64,000 nucleotides of DNA from an uncultured Nitrososphaerota archaeon (GTDB lineage Archaea > Thermoproteota > Nitrososphaeria > Nitrososphaerales > CADDZS01), in the NCBI GenBank assembly GCA_963799845.1, contig CAWCYI010000004.1:1056001-1120000 (forward strand). Reading direction: 5' to 3'. The notes below the pieces were generated by a model. That model was not told the DNA's origin. It saw nothing but the letters and a program-made list of their open reading frames with translations, and searched no databases. Numbering within the stretch: the stretch's first letter is position 1; each line of letters starts with the position of its first letter. Below are positions 1-8,571 of the stretch, piece by piece. The position numbers were made by a program, and so were the translations under genes.

Positions 1-1107
1 TGTGCCGTCGGCGATCCCTGCGGCGGTCTCATTAAGCAGTGTCTTCACGGATGCTGGGATTATACTGTCGTAGGAATGGAAGGGCCCGAGAGAACCAAGA
101 TTCAAGTTTTCTACTTGGCCTCCGATCTGGCTCCATGTGCCATTCAAGATGTGCTGGATCACTGGCTGTATGAATGCGGTCATGTTAAGGAGGACGCTTG
201 TCATCATGTCGGTTGGGGATAGATCAATTTGGTCCAAGACAGTACCTATGAGAGTAGTGTTACTAATCGTAGCTGCAGAGATTACTCCCAGTCCAGTCGT
301 GTCAGCAATTGGGACGAGGATGTCGACATGATCCGCTGTAATCATCGTCTGTGCATCTTCGTATCCGATGGTTGGGTCACTCCACGTTCCTGGAACGGTG
401 AGGTAAACCTGGGCCGAAGGATTCGAGCTGTGCACGCCAGCCTGATACGCATAGAACTCGTACGAGAGCGCTGCGAACCACTGACCGATTATGACTCCGG
501 TGGCGTTGGTCTTCGTCATTTTCCCAGATAGAACGCCTGCCAAATAGTAGCCCGTCGCTTGGTTTTGGGCGCCTAATGCTACCACGTTCTTGGTGAGGTT
601 GTCTCCGTCATATGTTGGAGTCATGATGAAGTCAACATTGGGGAATTTTGCGGCGATTGCTTCAGTTGTTCCGATGAATTGATTTCCGTCGGTCCATATC
701 ACGTTGTAGCCTTGCTGTGCGTACGATGTCATTACTGCCCCCTGATCAGAATAGGCGACATCTTGCGAGATTGAGACCGTCCAACCATAGGTGGCACCGA
801 TCCATTGCGCTACTTGAACGCCTTGATCGTTCAAACCATCATCTGTTGTGTCTCCACCGACAAGAAGCGCTAGCTTGTACTGTTGAGTTGGCGAGCTGCT
901 ACTTGTCGTCGAGCTGGTTGTGCTAGTGACGGTTGAGACGGCCGTTGAAGTGGCAGTAGTCGTGGCGGTAGTGGTCGCAGTGGTTGTGAGAGTCTTCGAA
1001 AGCGAGGGAATAGCGATCACTATCCCAATTGAAGCCACCAATATGATTACTATAACGATTATAACCGCAGCCATCGTTGAGAGTGCTTTCTTATTTTCGA
1101 ATTTCAT
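1..1107 (-). CDS. BMP-family (nucleoside/purine) ABC transporter substrate-binding protein, 3' end outside window
   Basis: Manual translation from ATG 1107 is open to base 1 (not in the ORF track because it has no stop): MKFENKKALSTMAAVIIV, Thr-rich linker, then KLALLVGGDTTDDGLNDQG...GYYLAGVLSGKMTKT...PGTWSDP...ADTTGLGVI. Adjacent to two BPD_transp_2 permeases. Confidence 0.88.
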   Translation of the reverse strand, partial: MKFENKKALSTMAAVIIVIVIILVASIGIVIAIPSLSKTLTTTATTTATTTATSTAVSTVTSTTSSTTSSSSPTQQYKLALLVGGDTTDDGLNDQGVQVAQWIGATYGWTVSISQDVAYSDQGAVMTSYAQQGYNVIWTDGNQFIGTTEAIAAKFPNVDFIMTPTYDGDNLTKNVVALGAQNQATGYYLAGVLSGKMTKTNATGVIIGQWFAALSYEFYAYQAGVHSSNPSAQVYLTVPGTWSDPTIGYEDAQTMITADHVDILVPIADTTGLGVISAATISNTTLIGTVLDQIDLSPTDMMTSVLLNMTAFIQPVIQHILNGTWSQIGGQVENLNLGSLGPFHSYDSIIPASVKTLLNETAAGIADGT

Positions 1108-1159
1108 AAAAATTCGCTGAGTATTGAATACGCTCCCGATTTTAATAAGGGAGAACACG

Positions 1160-1177
1160 ATTCTCAATCCTGAGAAT
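1160..1177. promoter_or_regulatory. Palindromic operator ATTCTCA-atcc-TGAGAAT upstream of BMP gene TATA box
   Basis: Perfect 7-4-7 palindrome, 11 bp upstream (minus strand) of TTATTAAA (1148-1141); recurs at six other promoters. Confidence 0.75.
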
Positions 1178-1213
1178 GTGATCAAGAAGGCAAGCTCTGA
1201 CCAGAGGCTTCAT

Positions 1214-2158
1214 CTACTTCCGCTTGTATGGAACGGTAAGGGACGATGGTGACTTGGTTCCCCTATGAAAGAGTAGTATGAAGATAATGGCGAAGATGTA
1301 TGGTATCGCCAGTAGGAAGTAACCCGACGCCGTTCCAAGGCCAGAGAATATGCCGGAGCCTATGAATATCGCGGCTATCGAATATCCGAGTCCAAACAGC
1401 CAAGCTCCGGCGATCGCTTTGTAAGGACTCCATCTCGCGAAAATCACGACGACGATAGCAATCCACCCCCTCCCGGCTACGAGAGTATCTCCCGTCGCGT
1501 AAAGGCCAAGGTAGCCAAGCACAAGGGATGCTCCTGCAAGGCCAGCGAGAGTAGCACCCAGGATTACACACAGGTTCCTCACCAGATTGACGTTGATTCC
1601 GGCCGAATCAGCGGCTTCGGGATTCTCTCCTACCGCCCTGATTTTGAGGCCCCAAGTGGTCCTATAAAGAACAAGACCCAAAAGTATTGCCAAGGCGAGT
1701 GAAGCGTAGACCAAGATGTTCTGGCTGAACAAAATGGGGCCCACCACCGGCAGATTACTTAGGATGGGGATTTGCACCGGTGATATAGGGCGTACATGCA
1801 AGTACGAAGTCTTCGTCACTATTATGTAACCGAAATCACCCAAGGAGAGTGCTAGGAAGTATATCATGAGTCCTGCGATCAGCTGGTTGATTCCTATCCT
1901 GATAGTTGCGAATGAGTGCAGCACACCCATGGCAGACCCTACAGCCATCGCGGCGAGAAGTCCGTACAGGTAGGAGCCTGTCGAGAAGGTAACCCACAGC
2001 GAGATGAACGCTGATAGACTCATCACTCCCTCGATGCCCATGTTAAGCACACCGGACCTCTCTGCGTAGACTTCGCCGATCGAGGCGTAAAGAATGGGCA
2101 TAGTCAGCGGCAGGCTCGCTGCCAAGATTGATATGGCAAGATCTCCGTAAGAAACCAT
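1214..2158 (-). CDS. Nucleoside/sugar ABC transporter permease (BPD_transp_2 family)
   Basis: ERSGVLNMGIEG, GLKIRAVGENPEAADSAGI and GRGWIAI motifs; probable start MVSYGD at 2158. Confidence 0.92.
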   Translation of the reverse strand: MVSYGDLAISILAASLPLTMPILYASIGEVYAERSGVLNMGIEGVMSLSAFISLWVTFSTGSYLYGLLAAMAVGSAMGVLHSFATIRIGINQLIAGLMIYFLALSLGDFGYIIVTKTSYLHVRPISPVQIPILSNLPVVGPILFSQNILVYASLALAILLGLVLYRTTWGLKIRAVGENPEAADSAGINVNLVRNLCVILGATLAGLAGASLVLGYLGLYATGDTLVAGRGWIAIVVVIFARWSPYKAIAGAWLFGLGYSIAAIFIGSGIFSGLGTASGYFLLAIPYIFAIIFILLFHRGTKSPSSLTVPYKRK

Positions 2159-2166
2159 CCCATTCT

Positions 2167-3198
2167 TTACCCCTTGTTCGTCCTGTCGCCGATCCACTTC
2201 TGAACGATTAGGACAGACAGCACTATAATCGCCTGCAGAGCGTAGATCAATTCGATTGGTATAGCCGCGGCGCTGCGCTGCAGGCTCTCGCCACCAATTG
2301 TCAGCGCGGCATACAATACGGAGGCGATGACGATGCCCAACGGATGGAACGCACCCAGTGCAGCCACGGCGATTCCCTGATAGCCGTACCCGGGCGAGAA
2401 GTTCTGCGCGAGCACGTGGTCAACGCCTGCTACGACTACGATCCCTGCTAGTCCCGCGAGCGCCCCACTCATTAGGCCCACCGCGACTATGCTCCTTGAG
2501 ACATTGATGCCACCGCTCTGTGCCGCTCGTGGGTTCGCCCCAGACGCCCTGATTTCATATCCTAGAACCGTCTTGTAGAGAACAAAGTACACTGCGAAGG
2601 CTGCAATCCCGGCGATTATGGCACCTATGTTGAATTCCGTGCTCTGGACAAAGACAGGGAGCCAAGTCGACTGCGGCAAGGCTGGAGTCTGAAGGTTACC
2701 CGACAGCGGATCCTTAAGAGGTCCCGCCGTGAGCCAGTTCACTAGGTCCAAGGCAATAAAATTCATGACGAGCGTCGGAAAAATTTCGTTTACTTGGAGC
2801 TTGACTCTCATGAAGAGTGGCAGCGCTAGCCAGAGTGTTCCTCCAGCCGCAGCTGCCAAAAGCATCAGTGGAATTGCAATCACGCTGGGAAGATTGCCGA
2901 GCTGGGCAGCCGCCACATAGCCGAACAATGCACCAATGTAGAGCTGACCCTCTACCCCGATGTTGTAGAATCTAGCCCTGAACGCCACAAGGAATGCAAG
3001 AGCAGCGAGCAGAAGGGGTGCCGTGAGAAAGAATGTCTCGGAGGTGAGAAAGGTTGTACCAAATGACCCTGTTACGAGACCCTCCATGCTCGTGATAGGA
3101 TTGTATCCGAAAGCCAAGAGAATGAGAGAGAAAATTACCAGCGACGCAACAATCCCGAGCAAGTATGAGACGTAATTTCCCAGGGATAGTTGCGTCAT
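2167..3198 (-). CDS. Nucleoside/sugar ABC transporter permease (BPD_transp_2 family)
   Basis: FYNIGVEGQ, GYEIRASGANPRAA and GYGYQGIAVA motifs; multi-pass membrane protein. Confidence 0.92.
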   Translation of the reverse strand: MTQLSLGNYVSYLLGIVASLVIFSLILLAFGYNPITSMEGLVTGSFGTTFLTSETFFLTAPLLLAALAFLVAFRARFYNIGVEGQLYIGALFGYVAAAQLGNLPSVIAIPLMLLAAAAGGTLWLALPLFMRVKLQVNEIFPTLVMNFIALDLVNWLTAGPLKDPLSGNLQTPALPQSTWLPVFVQSTEFNIGAIIAGIAAFAVYFVLYKTVLGYEIRASGANPRAAQSGGINVSRSIVAVGLMSGALAGLAGIVVVAGVDHVLAQNFSPGYGYQGIAVAALGAFHPLGIVIASVLYAALTIGGESLQRSAAAIPIELIYALQAIIVLSVLIVQKWIGDRTNKG

Positions 3199-3222
3199 AA
3201 TACACCCCACACAGGCATCCGA

Positions 3223-4488
3223 TTAGGCGTACTCGGCCGCAAAAGTTGTGAGGGCTTTTTTGAATGCCTCCATCGGCGCCTCAGCGATCCCGGTACCTAT
3301 TATCCCATGGCCGCCGTCCTTGTGAGCAATTCCAGTATCAACTCTTGGCGGGGAATTGAGCTCTACTACTTTGCGAATGTCAATCCCGACTGGGACGCCG
3401 ACAAAATCCATGTAGGGAATTCTGAATAGTGGGTCTTCGGCAAGAGAGACTTTTTGCATCGCTCGTGTGTGTTGGACTGCCTCGTCAAGCCCACCTCCGA
3501 AAAGTCTCGCTTGGGAGGGAGATGCGGGTAACGCGGTTCCTCCGAACCCTCTGGATTCCGAGATCGCGCTATCGCCTATATCTGGAGCTGCGTCAGCTGC
3601 CGTGAAACCGGGGAATAGAAAACCTTTGATCTCTCCGGCCGGACCGGTAAACCATTCGTCACCGAGGGCGCTTACCTTGATCCCGAAATCAACACCATTT
3701 CTTGCCATCGCGGTCACAACCGTACTGTACTTTATCCCTTTGGCCGAGTCCATCATCACCTTGCAAGCGCCCATCATCAAGTTGCCGCAGTACCAGCGAC
3801 CACCATTTCCCATGAAGTAGTCGCCGACCTCTCCCAAAGTCTCCTTGGGAAAGCCAGTCCTAACAATGTGGGGAAGAATCCAGTTCATGAGAACGCCACG
3901 ACAGGCTTCGAAAGAACCGTGTAATTCGTCGCCCATGGTAAGCCCCTTGGAAAGCAATTCTTTGATATTGAATCCACCTGCGTGCTTGATGGTCGCCGCG
4001 AGAACAGGAGCCATCGTCTCCTTGACAAACTCAACTTCCTTGATTGCCCGCTCATATTTGTCGGCAAACGATGTTAGATCTGTCTGCATCCAGTCGGTTG
4101 CAGTGTTACCGTGCACCTTGTCTTTGAGAACCAGAACCGGACTCGATGCTGATGTCACGCCGCACATACCGCTTACATTTCCGTAATTGTGATTGGGTTC
4201 AATTCTGACCTCGCCCGTCCTAGCGAGCTTCTCCGCACGTCGCGCAGTATCGGCGAGGCCTTCCGCCCTAATTGCGTTGATAATAGCGATCTTTTGAACT
4301 TTGATCATTCTGTCCCATTCGATTGGCGGCCCGGCGTGTGTAATCAGGTCGCTCTTGTATCCTGATATTGCTTTAATCGCTGGTTTCAGGTCAACCAAAA
4401 CCGCTTCAGATTCAAGTATTCTGGCAACAGCTTTTCCGTTAGCTTCATCGATCTGGTCTTTCAGCTCACTACTCAAATTAGCTAGCAC
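3223..4488 (-). CDS. DUF1116 family protein (YlbE/AllG-like, oxamate carbamoyltransferase subunit family)
   Basis: HAGPPIEW, MGDELH, MARNGVDFGI, PDIGDSAI and TGIAHK motifs; divergent from carbamate kinase. Confidence 0.85.
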   Translation of the reverse strand: MLANLSSELKDQIDEANGKAVARILESEAVLVDLKPAIKAISGYKSDLITHAGPPIEWDRMIKVQKIAIINAIRAEGLADTARRAEKLARTGEVRIEPNHNYGNVSGMCGVTSASSPVLVLKDKVHGNTATDWMQTDLTSFADKYERAIKEVEFVKETMAPVLAATIKHAGGFNIKELLSKGLTMGDELHGSFEACRGVLMNWILPHIVRTGFPKETLGEVGDYFMGNGGRWYCGNLMMGACKVMMDSAKGIKYSTVVTAMARNGVDFGIKVSALGDEWFTGPAGEIKGFLFPGFTAADAAPDIGDSAISESRGFGGTALPASPSQARLFGGGLDEAVQHTRAMQKVSLAEDPLFRIPYMDFVGVPVGIDIRKVVELNSPPRVDTGIAHKDGGHGIIGTGIAEAPMEAFKKALTTFAAEYA

Positions 4489-4559
4489 TTCTATTTTTCA
4501 GCAACATTCTTAGAATAGGCTCTAGTTTTCGACGTGTAGACAATTTAAGTACGGGGACG

Positions 4560-4577
4560 ATCTTCAGATCTGAGAAC
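4560..4577. promoter_or_regulatory. Operator variant ATCTTCA-gatc-TGAGAAC upstream of DUF1116 operon TATA
   Basis: Same 7-4-7 layout; 11 bp from TTAAAT on the minus strand. Confidence 0.65.
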
Positions 4578-4615
4578 GTCAAACAAGCCGCTCAAGCTAG
4601 AAGACTATTGTGTTG

Positions 4616-4633
4616 ATTCTCAAGTATGAGAAT
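4616..4633. promoter_or_regulatory. Operator ATTCTCA-agta-TGAGAAT upstream of arcC TATA
   Basis: Perfect palindrome 13 bp upstream of TTATAT (4647). Confidence 0.75.
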
Positions 4634-4726
4634 CGTCATGTCGGATTATATGTTGCAATGAACAAAAATCCTCTCTCTGGGATTTGGTATCCGGCCTTTT
4701 AGATTTTAGATGTTCCATGGCAAGTC

Positions 4727-5734
4727 GTGAATGACAAAATTTCCTTGAATGAAGAGGAGAGGGATAAGATATTGGGAAGATATGCGAATGCCAAGAAGAA
4801 AATTTTAGTCGCCCTGGGCGGAAACGCCCTCATAACGCATGGAGAATCAGGCATAATTGAACAAGAGGAAAATGCCAAGGCTGCTGTCAAGCATCTGGTT
4901 AAACTTCTTGAAGAGGGTAATAAATTGGTGATAACCCATGGTAACGGACCTCAAGTTGGAGACATCCTCCTAAGGAATGAAATTGCGAAGGATACAGTTC
5001 CGGCCATGCCACTCGACGTATGTGGTGCCGAAAGCCAAGGGATGATCGGTTACGTACTCCAGCAATCTCTCTACAATGAATTAAGAAGGAAGGGCAAGAA
5101 TACTCCGGTCGCTACGATTCTCACGCAATCAATAGTCGACAAGGCTGATCCGGCGTTCAAGAAGCCCACAAAACCAATTGGTCCATTTTATACGAAAATC
5201 GAATCTTCAAAGCTGTCACGAAAAAAGGGATGGAAAATGATCAACGACAGTGGTCGGGGTTATCGACGCGTCGTACCTTCCCCGCGCCCGATTGCGATTC
5301 CGGAGTTTCCGATAATTAAGGAATTGTTTGATCGTAACTACATCATAATTCAATCTGGAGGCGGAGGCATTCCAGTTGTGCGTAAGCAGAATGGGACGCT
5401 GATTGGCGTGGAGGCTGTTGTCGACAAAGATCTTTGCGCGTCCTTGCTTGCTTCTCTTCTCAAGACTGATGTATTGTTAATCCTGACCGACGTTGACAAA
5501 GTTAGGCTGAACTACGGCAGACCGGACCAAAGATCTCTTGACAGAATGACAGCGGACGAATGCAAGAAATATCTTGCGGAGGGGCAATTCCCTGCAGGAA
5601 GCATGGGCCCTAAAATAGAAGCAGCGATGAATTTTGTTAAATCTGGAAAAGAAAAGACTGCGATAATTACGTCGTTAGAGCTTGCTGAGACAGCATTGAA
5701 AGGCGAGACCGGCACGAGAATTGTAAATTCGTAA
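4727..5734 (+). CDS. arcC: Carbamate kinase
   Basis: VALGGNAL, THGNGPQVG, PTKPIGPFY, GGGGIPV and GSMGPKIEA motifs. Confidence 0.96.
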   Translation: MNDKISLNEEERDKILGRYANAKKKILVALGGNALITHGESGIIEQEENAKAAVKHLVKLLEEGNKLVITHGNGPQVGDILLRNEIAKDTVPAMPLDVCGAESQGMIGYVLQQSLYNELRRKGKNTPVATILTQSIVDKADPAFKKPTKPIGPFYTKIESSKLSRKKGWKMINDSGRGYRRVVPSPRPIAIPEFPIIKELFDRNYIIIQSGGGGIPVVRKQNGTLIGVEAVVDKDLCASLLASLLKTDVLLILTDVDKVRLNYGRPDQRSLDRMTADECKKYLAEGQFPAGSMGPKIEAAMNFVKSGKEKTAIITSLELAETALKGETGTRIVNS

Positions 5735-5915
5735 GTGGGCTGTTCCAGTTCCCGATCTTCTTCTGATATCACGACTCTTGGGACAACATCGCCATCTTTG
5801 CACGGATTCCGCTGCCGTTGAATAGGCGGGTTTCTCTGTTCTGACAGATTGGTCGACGGCTAACCATGATAGTCTCTATATTGAAATTCACGTGAGTAGA
5901 AAGGCTCCTTTTACA

Positions 5916-5933
5916 ATTCTCAATTTTGAAGAT
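5916..5933 (+). promoter_or_regulatory. Operator variant ATTCTCA-attt-TGAAGAT
   Basis: About 12 bp upstream of CTATAT (5946), in front of the 5992 gene. Confidence 0.65.
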
Positions 5934-5991
5934 CGTGTACTGTATCTATATCGTTAAGCAAGATCTTATTTTACAGAGGTCATGAAACCCA

Positions 5992-6216
5992 ATGTCAACA
6001 GTAATGAAAGAGACAGTCGAGGAAGAGCGTCCGGTTTCGTTGTCACATGTGAGGCAGCAAATACTGACCTATGGTGACGAAATACACGCGTTTCTGGAAC
6101 ATGTTCACGCAGATGTAGAGAACTATAAGTTCACCGTGGAAAAACGTGCAGATGGCGTAGTAGTTGAGATCAACTTTAAGGCCTTGATCAAAACGAAGCC
6201 GGTTCTGAAGCCATAG
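5992..6216 (+). CDS. Small hypothetical protein (74 aa)
   Basis: ATG ORF with protein-like composition, own promoter, no competing ORF. Confidence 0.7.
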   Translation: MSTVMKETVEEERPVSLSHVRQQILTYGDEIHAFLEHVHADVENYKFTVEKRADGVVVEINFKALIKTKPVLKP

Positions 6217-6316
6217 GTCTAAGCCGAACTGACTTTACTTAATTGTCCTCGTTCTCAACGAGGACTTCACCTAATTGGCAGGAATTTGACCTGTAACGAA
6301 GGATGGTTGTGAACAA

Positions 6317-6667
6317 TTGAATCTGAGACAAACTCGGCGAAAATCGAATTCTAAGATTCAGCAATCAGATAGGGCTGTTATATCTTCTCCAACCTTCTTG
6401 AAATTAGATGATTCGATTCTGATGGGTATTGATCGAAGAACCGCCGGAGAGCTCGTGGCTGGGTATCTCTACTTCAAATCAACTCGCAGAACGGATGCCG
6501 ATTTCACTCGTTTTCTGTTGGCCAACAGATTAGATGTTGTCTTGCGGATAGTTGGGAATTCTCTCCCAGTGCTAATACCTGCGTTCTTCTCCGACAAGGA
6601 ATTAAGATCGTTAGTTGTAAACGTTTTCATGAGATCATTTTATAGTTTAGAGCCGAATCAGTACTGA
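6317..6667 (+). CDS. Hypothetical protein (true start probably 6398 or 6422)
   Basis: A TATA-like TTATAT at 6378 lies inside the annotated N-terminus, suggesting a later start. Confidence 0.55.
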   Translation: MNLRQTRRKSNSKIQQSDRAVISSPTFLKLDDSILMGIDRRTAGELVAGYLYFKSTRRTDADFTRFLLANRLDVVLRIVGNSLPVLIPAFFSDKELRSLVVNVFMRSFYSLEPNQY

Positions 6668-6795
6668 AGGGAAAGCGGCCCGCAGGTTGCTTCATTTCTG
6701 GAAAGAATCACACTTCCGATCGTACGGGCCCCATTAGGAGGGTAGACGAAAAATTAGTGTAATAAGTCAAACCGGTATGAATTCTCACTCGGCTC

Positions 6796-6832
6796 AATTT
6801 CATTTTTGAGAATCGTCTACCCCACTTTAATA
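6796..6832 (+). promoter_or_regulatory. Operator AATTTCA-tttt-TGAGAAT plus TATA box TTTAATA driving the candidate ncRNA
   Basis: Motif 6796-6813, TATA 6826-6832 (12-bp gap as at the other copies); no long ORF follows. Confidence 0.7.
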
Positions 6833-6856
6833 TTGGCTGTGTGTACTTATTCATTC

Positions 6857-7088
6857 GTCGTTCGGCCAGGTAAAGGTTGTATTTGGAGACAAGAAAAAGC
6901 ACTGGGTAAGGGCTTAGTGCATGGCGCCTATCTCTGACCGTCCGGGTGAGTATGTAGAAACGGGTTCACCCGAACTTCGGACACTCTCGGACGAGGGCAA
7001 ACCGAGACAGTGGGAATGAAGGAAATCTACGTAGCCGCTGTCAAAGGAAAGCCACATGCGTCCTGAAAGCCGAATGGCATTATTTTTT
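6857..7088 (+). ncRNA. Candidate ~230-nt multi-stem structured non-coding RNA (family not recognised)
   Basis: Closing stem 6857-6870/7062-7078; nested TGGC/GCCA, CCT/AGG, TGAC/GTCA, CGG/CCG and TATGTAGA/TCTACGTA; hairpins 6899-6920, 6961-6972 and 6982-7012; G-U wobbles favour the + strand; T-tract at 7083-7088. Confidence 0.6.
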
Positions 7089-7745
7089 CCAAGACCAAGC
7101 AAAAGGTTTCTGTTGTTCTGCGGTTTGACTAAGATAAACATCAGGAGTTGTTTCACGAATTGATCCGTGATCAACATCGAGAATGAATATCGTATGGACT
7201 TCGGCATAGGTAATTTGATCTATCGTTACTGCGGGATTTGAATAGTACATATCACAAACGAATTTAGCCATTTGAACTTCCGCAGTGTTTCTGAATCGAG
7301 GAGGCTGTTGGAAGATGCCTGGAACCGGCAGGATATTTGTGACAGTCGTCCCCAAAACGAATCTATTTGCAAACGGACTGTATCTTGCGGTCTTACTGAT
7401 TATTCTTGCATAACAGTATCTTGCAGGATCAAGCGCATGGGAAGGGGGAACAAAACCCGTCTCAATCTCGACTATCATGGTGCTCTCACCCTTCATGCCG
7501 TAGACATCGCAAACCAGATTATCCTTCAATTCGTGCTCGACTTTGACTTCGTAGCCTTCAGAAATCAGTTTGTCCGCGCACAACAGTTCAATTACAGAGT
7601 GATTGATCTTGACAAGGTTCTTCCTATAGAGATCGACGAGGTGCAGCCTCACAGAATCAAGTTTGGCCTTGACTTCTGGGGATCGTCCTATCGAAACTCT
7701 CCTGCACATCTCCACTAGATCATCATCAAATCTCTTTACATTCAA
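7080..7745 (-). CDS. Archaeal hypothetical protein with PD-(D/E)xK-like motif
   Basis: VEHE...CDVYG...IVEIETGFVPP resembles a restriction-endonuclease-like fold core. Confidence 0.7.
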   Translation of the reverse strand: MNVKRFDDDLVEMCRRVSIGRSPEVKAKLDSVRLHLVDLYRKNLVKINHSVIELLCADKLISEGYEVKVEHELKDNLVCDVYGMKGESTMIVEIETGFVPPSHALDPARYCYARIISKTARYSPFANRFVLGTTVTNILPVPGIFQQPPRFRNTAEVQMAKFVCDMYYSNPAVTIDQITYAEVHTIFILDVDHGSIRETTPDVYLSQTAEQQKPFAWSWKK

Positions 7746-7837
7746 CAGTTATTGTACACTGCAATCAAATCACTGACTATCATAGAATATAAAAGAAAAA
7801 GCATGGATCCTGTCAGAAATTCTTCCCGCTCTTGATG

Positions 7838-7855
7838 ATTATCAAATCGGAGAAT
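7838..7855 (+). promoter_or_regulatory. Operator variant ATTATCA-aatc-GGAGAAT
   Basis: 11-13 bp upstream of TTTTTTAT (7867), before the 7921-mgtA cluster. Confidence 0.55.
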
Positions 7856-7920
7856 CGTATAACCTCTTTTTTATCCTGCTTTGATATTACTTGTACGTTG
7901 AATAATGTGGGAACCTGGAA

Positions 7921-8496
7921 ATGTTGAATGATCAAGAACGATTACAGCACAAGAAGGAAGTAGCAGAGCTGGTGATCAAGGATATCGAACTTCTGGAGGG
8001 TGATGTCCGCAAGGGGATGTTCCCAGCCGAGACAGAACCCGAACAAATAATTGAACTTGTGAAAGCGCTCGCGAGCCTAAGTGGGGGTATAGATGTGGTA
8101 AACCTACAGAAAATCTTAGGCATACATAGTGACGAAATGGAACGATTAGTAAACGCTAGCCAGATCTTGGGCTTCACGAGTATCCACAATGGTCTTATCT
8201 GGTTAAGTGGGGCTGGAACGGAGCTGGGCAATTCTCCGATGAGCAAGAAAAGGCAGCTTATATCAGAAAGGATTTCCTTACTCGAACCTTTTAGGACAGC
8301 GATCGATATTGCGACTAAATCCAAGAGTTTCTCATCAGACAAAGTAGCTGATGTCCTCTCAAAGAAAGACCTCAGATGGGCAGAGGAAGAAGAGCTGAAT
8401 GAGTTACTTGTCCACGACATTCTTGTAGACTGCGCGGTTTTTGCAGGATTGCTTGAGTATGATGGAAGGACTGATATGTTTAGCCTGCGGTCGTGA
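7921..8496 (+). CDS. Stand-alone AAA-associated (nitrate/sulfonate ABC ATPase C-terminal-like, wHTH) domain protein
   Basis: GGIDVVNL...LVNASQILGF...IWLSGAG...FAGLLEYD pattern resembles AAA_assoc_C. Confidence 0.65.
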   Translation: MLNDQERLQHKKEVAELVIKDIELLEGDVRKGMFPAETEPEQIIELVKALASLSGGIDVVNLQKILGIHSDEMERLVNASQILGFTSIHNGLIWLSGAGTELGNSPMSKKRQLISERISLLEPFRTAIDIATKSKSFSSDKVADVLSKKDLRWAEEEELNELLVHDILVDCAVFAGLLEYDGRTDMFSLRS

Positions 8497-8571
8497 ATGT
8501 GGAAATATTACAAATGCTCTAAACTCGAAAAGAGTTTCAGCTGAGACAAAAACGGATCTGAATTACGTCTT

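Noticed and set aside
6740-6822. Perfect 10-bp inverted repeat GGGTAGACGA/TCGTCTACCC as MITE ends
   Set aside because: Single occurrence, no clear target-site duplication, and the right arm is part of the ncRNA promoter.
6960-7075. Fragments resembling the c-di-GMP-I riboswitch (GGCAAACC), glmS ribozyme (CCCGAACT..GACGAGG) and group II intron domain V (AGCC..ATGCG..GAAA)
   Set aside because: The remaining required nucleotides and stems of each family are absent, and no gene lies downstream in cis; kept only as an unknown RNA.
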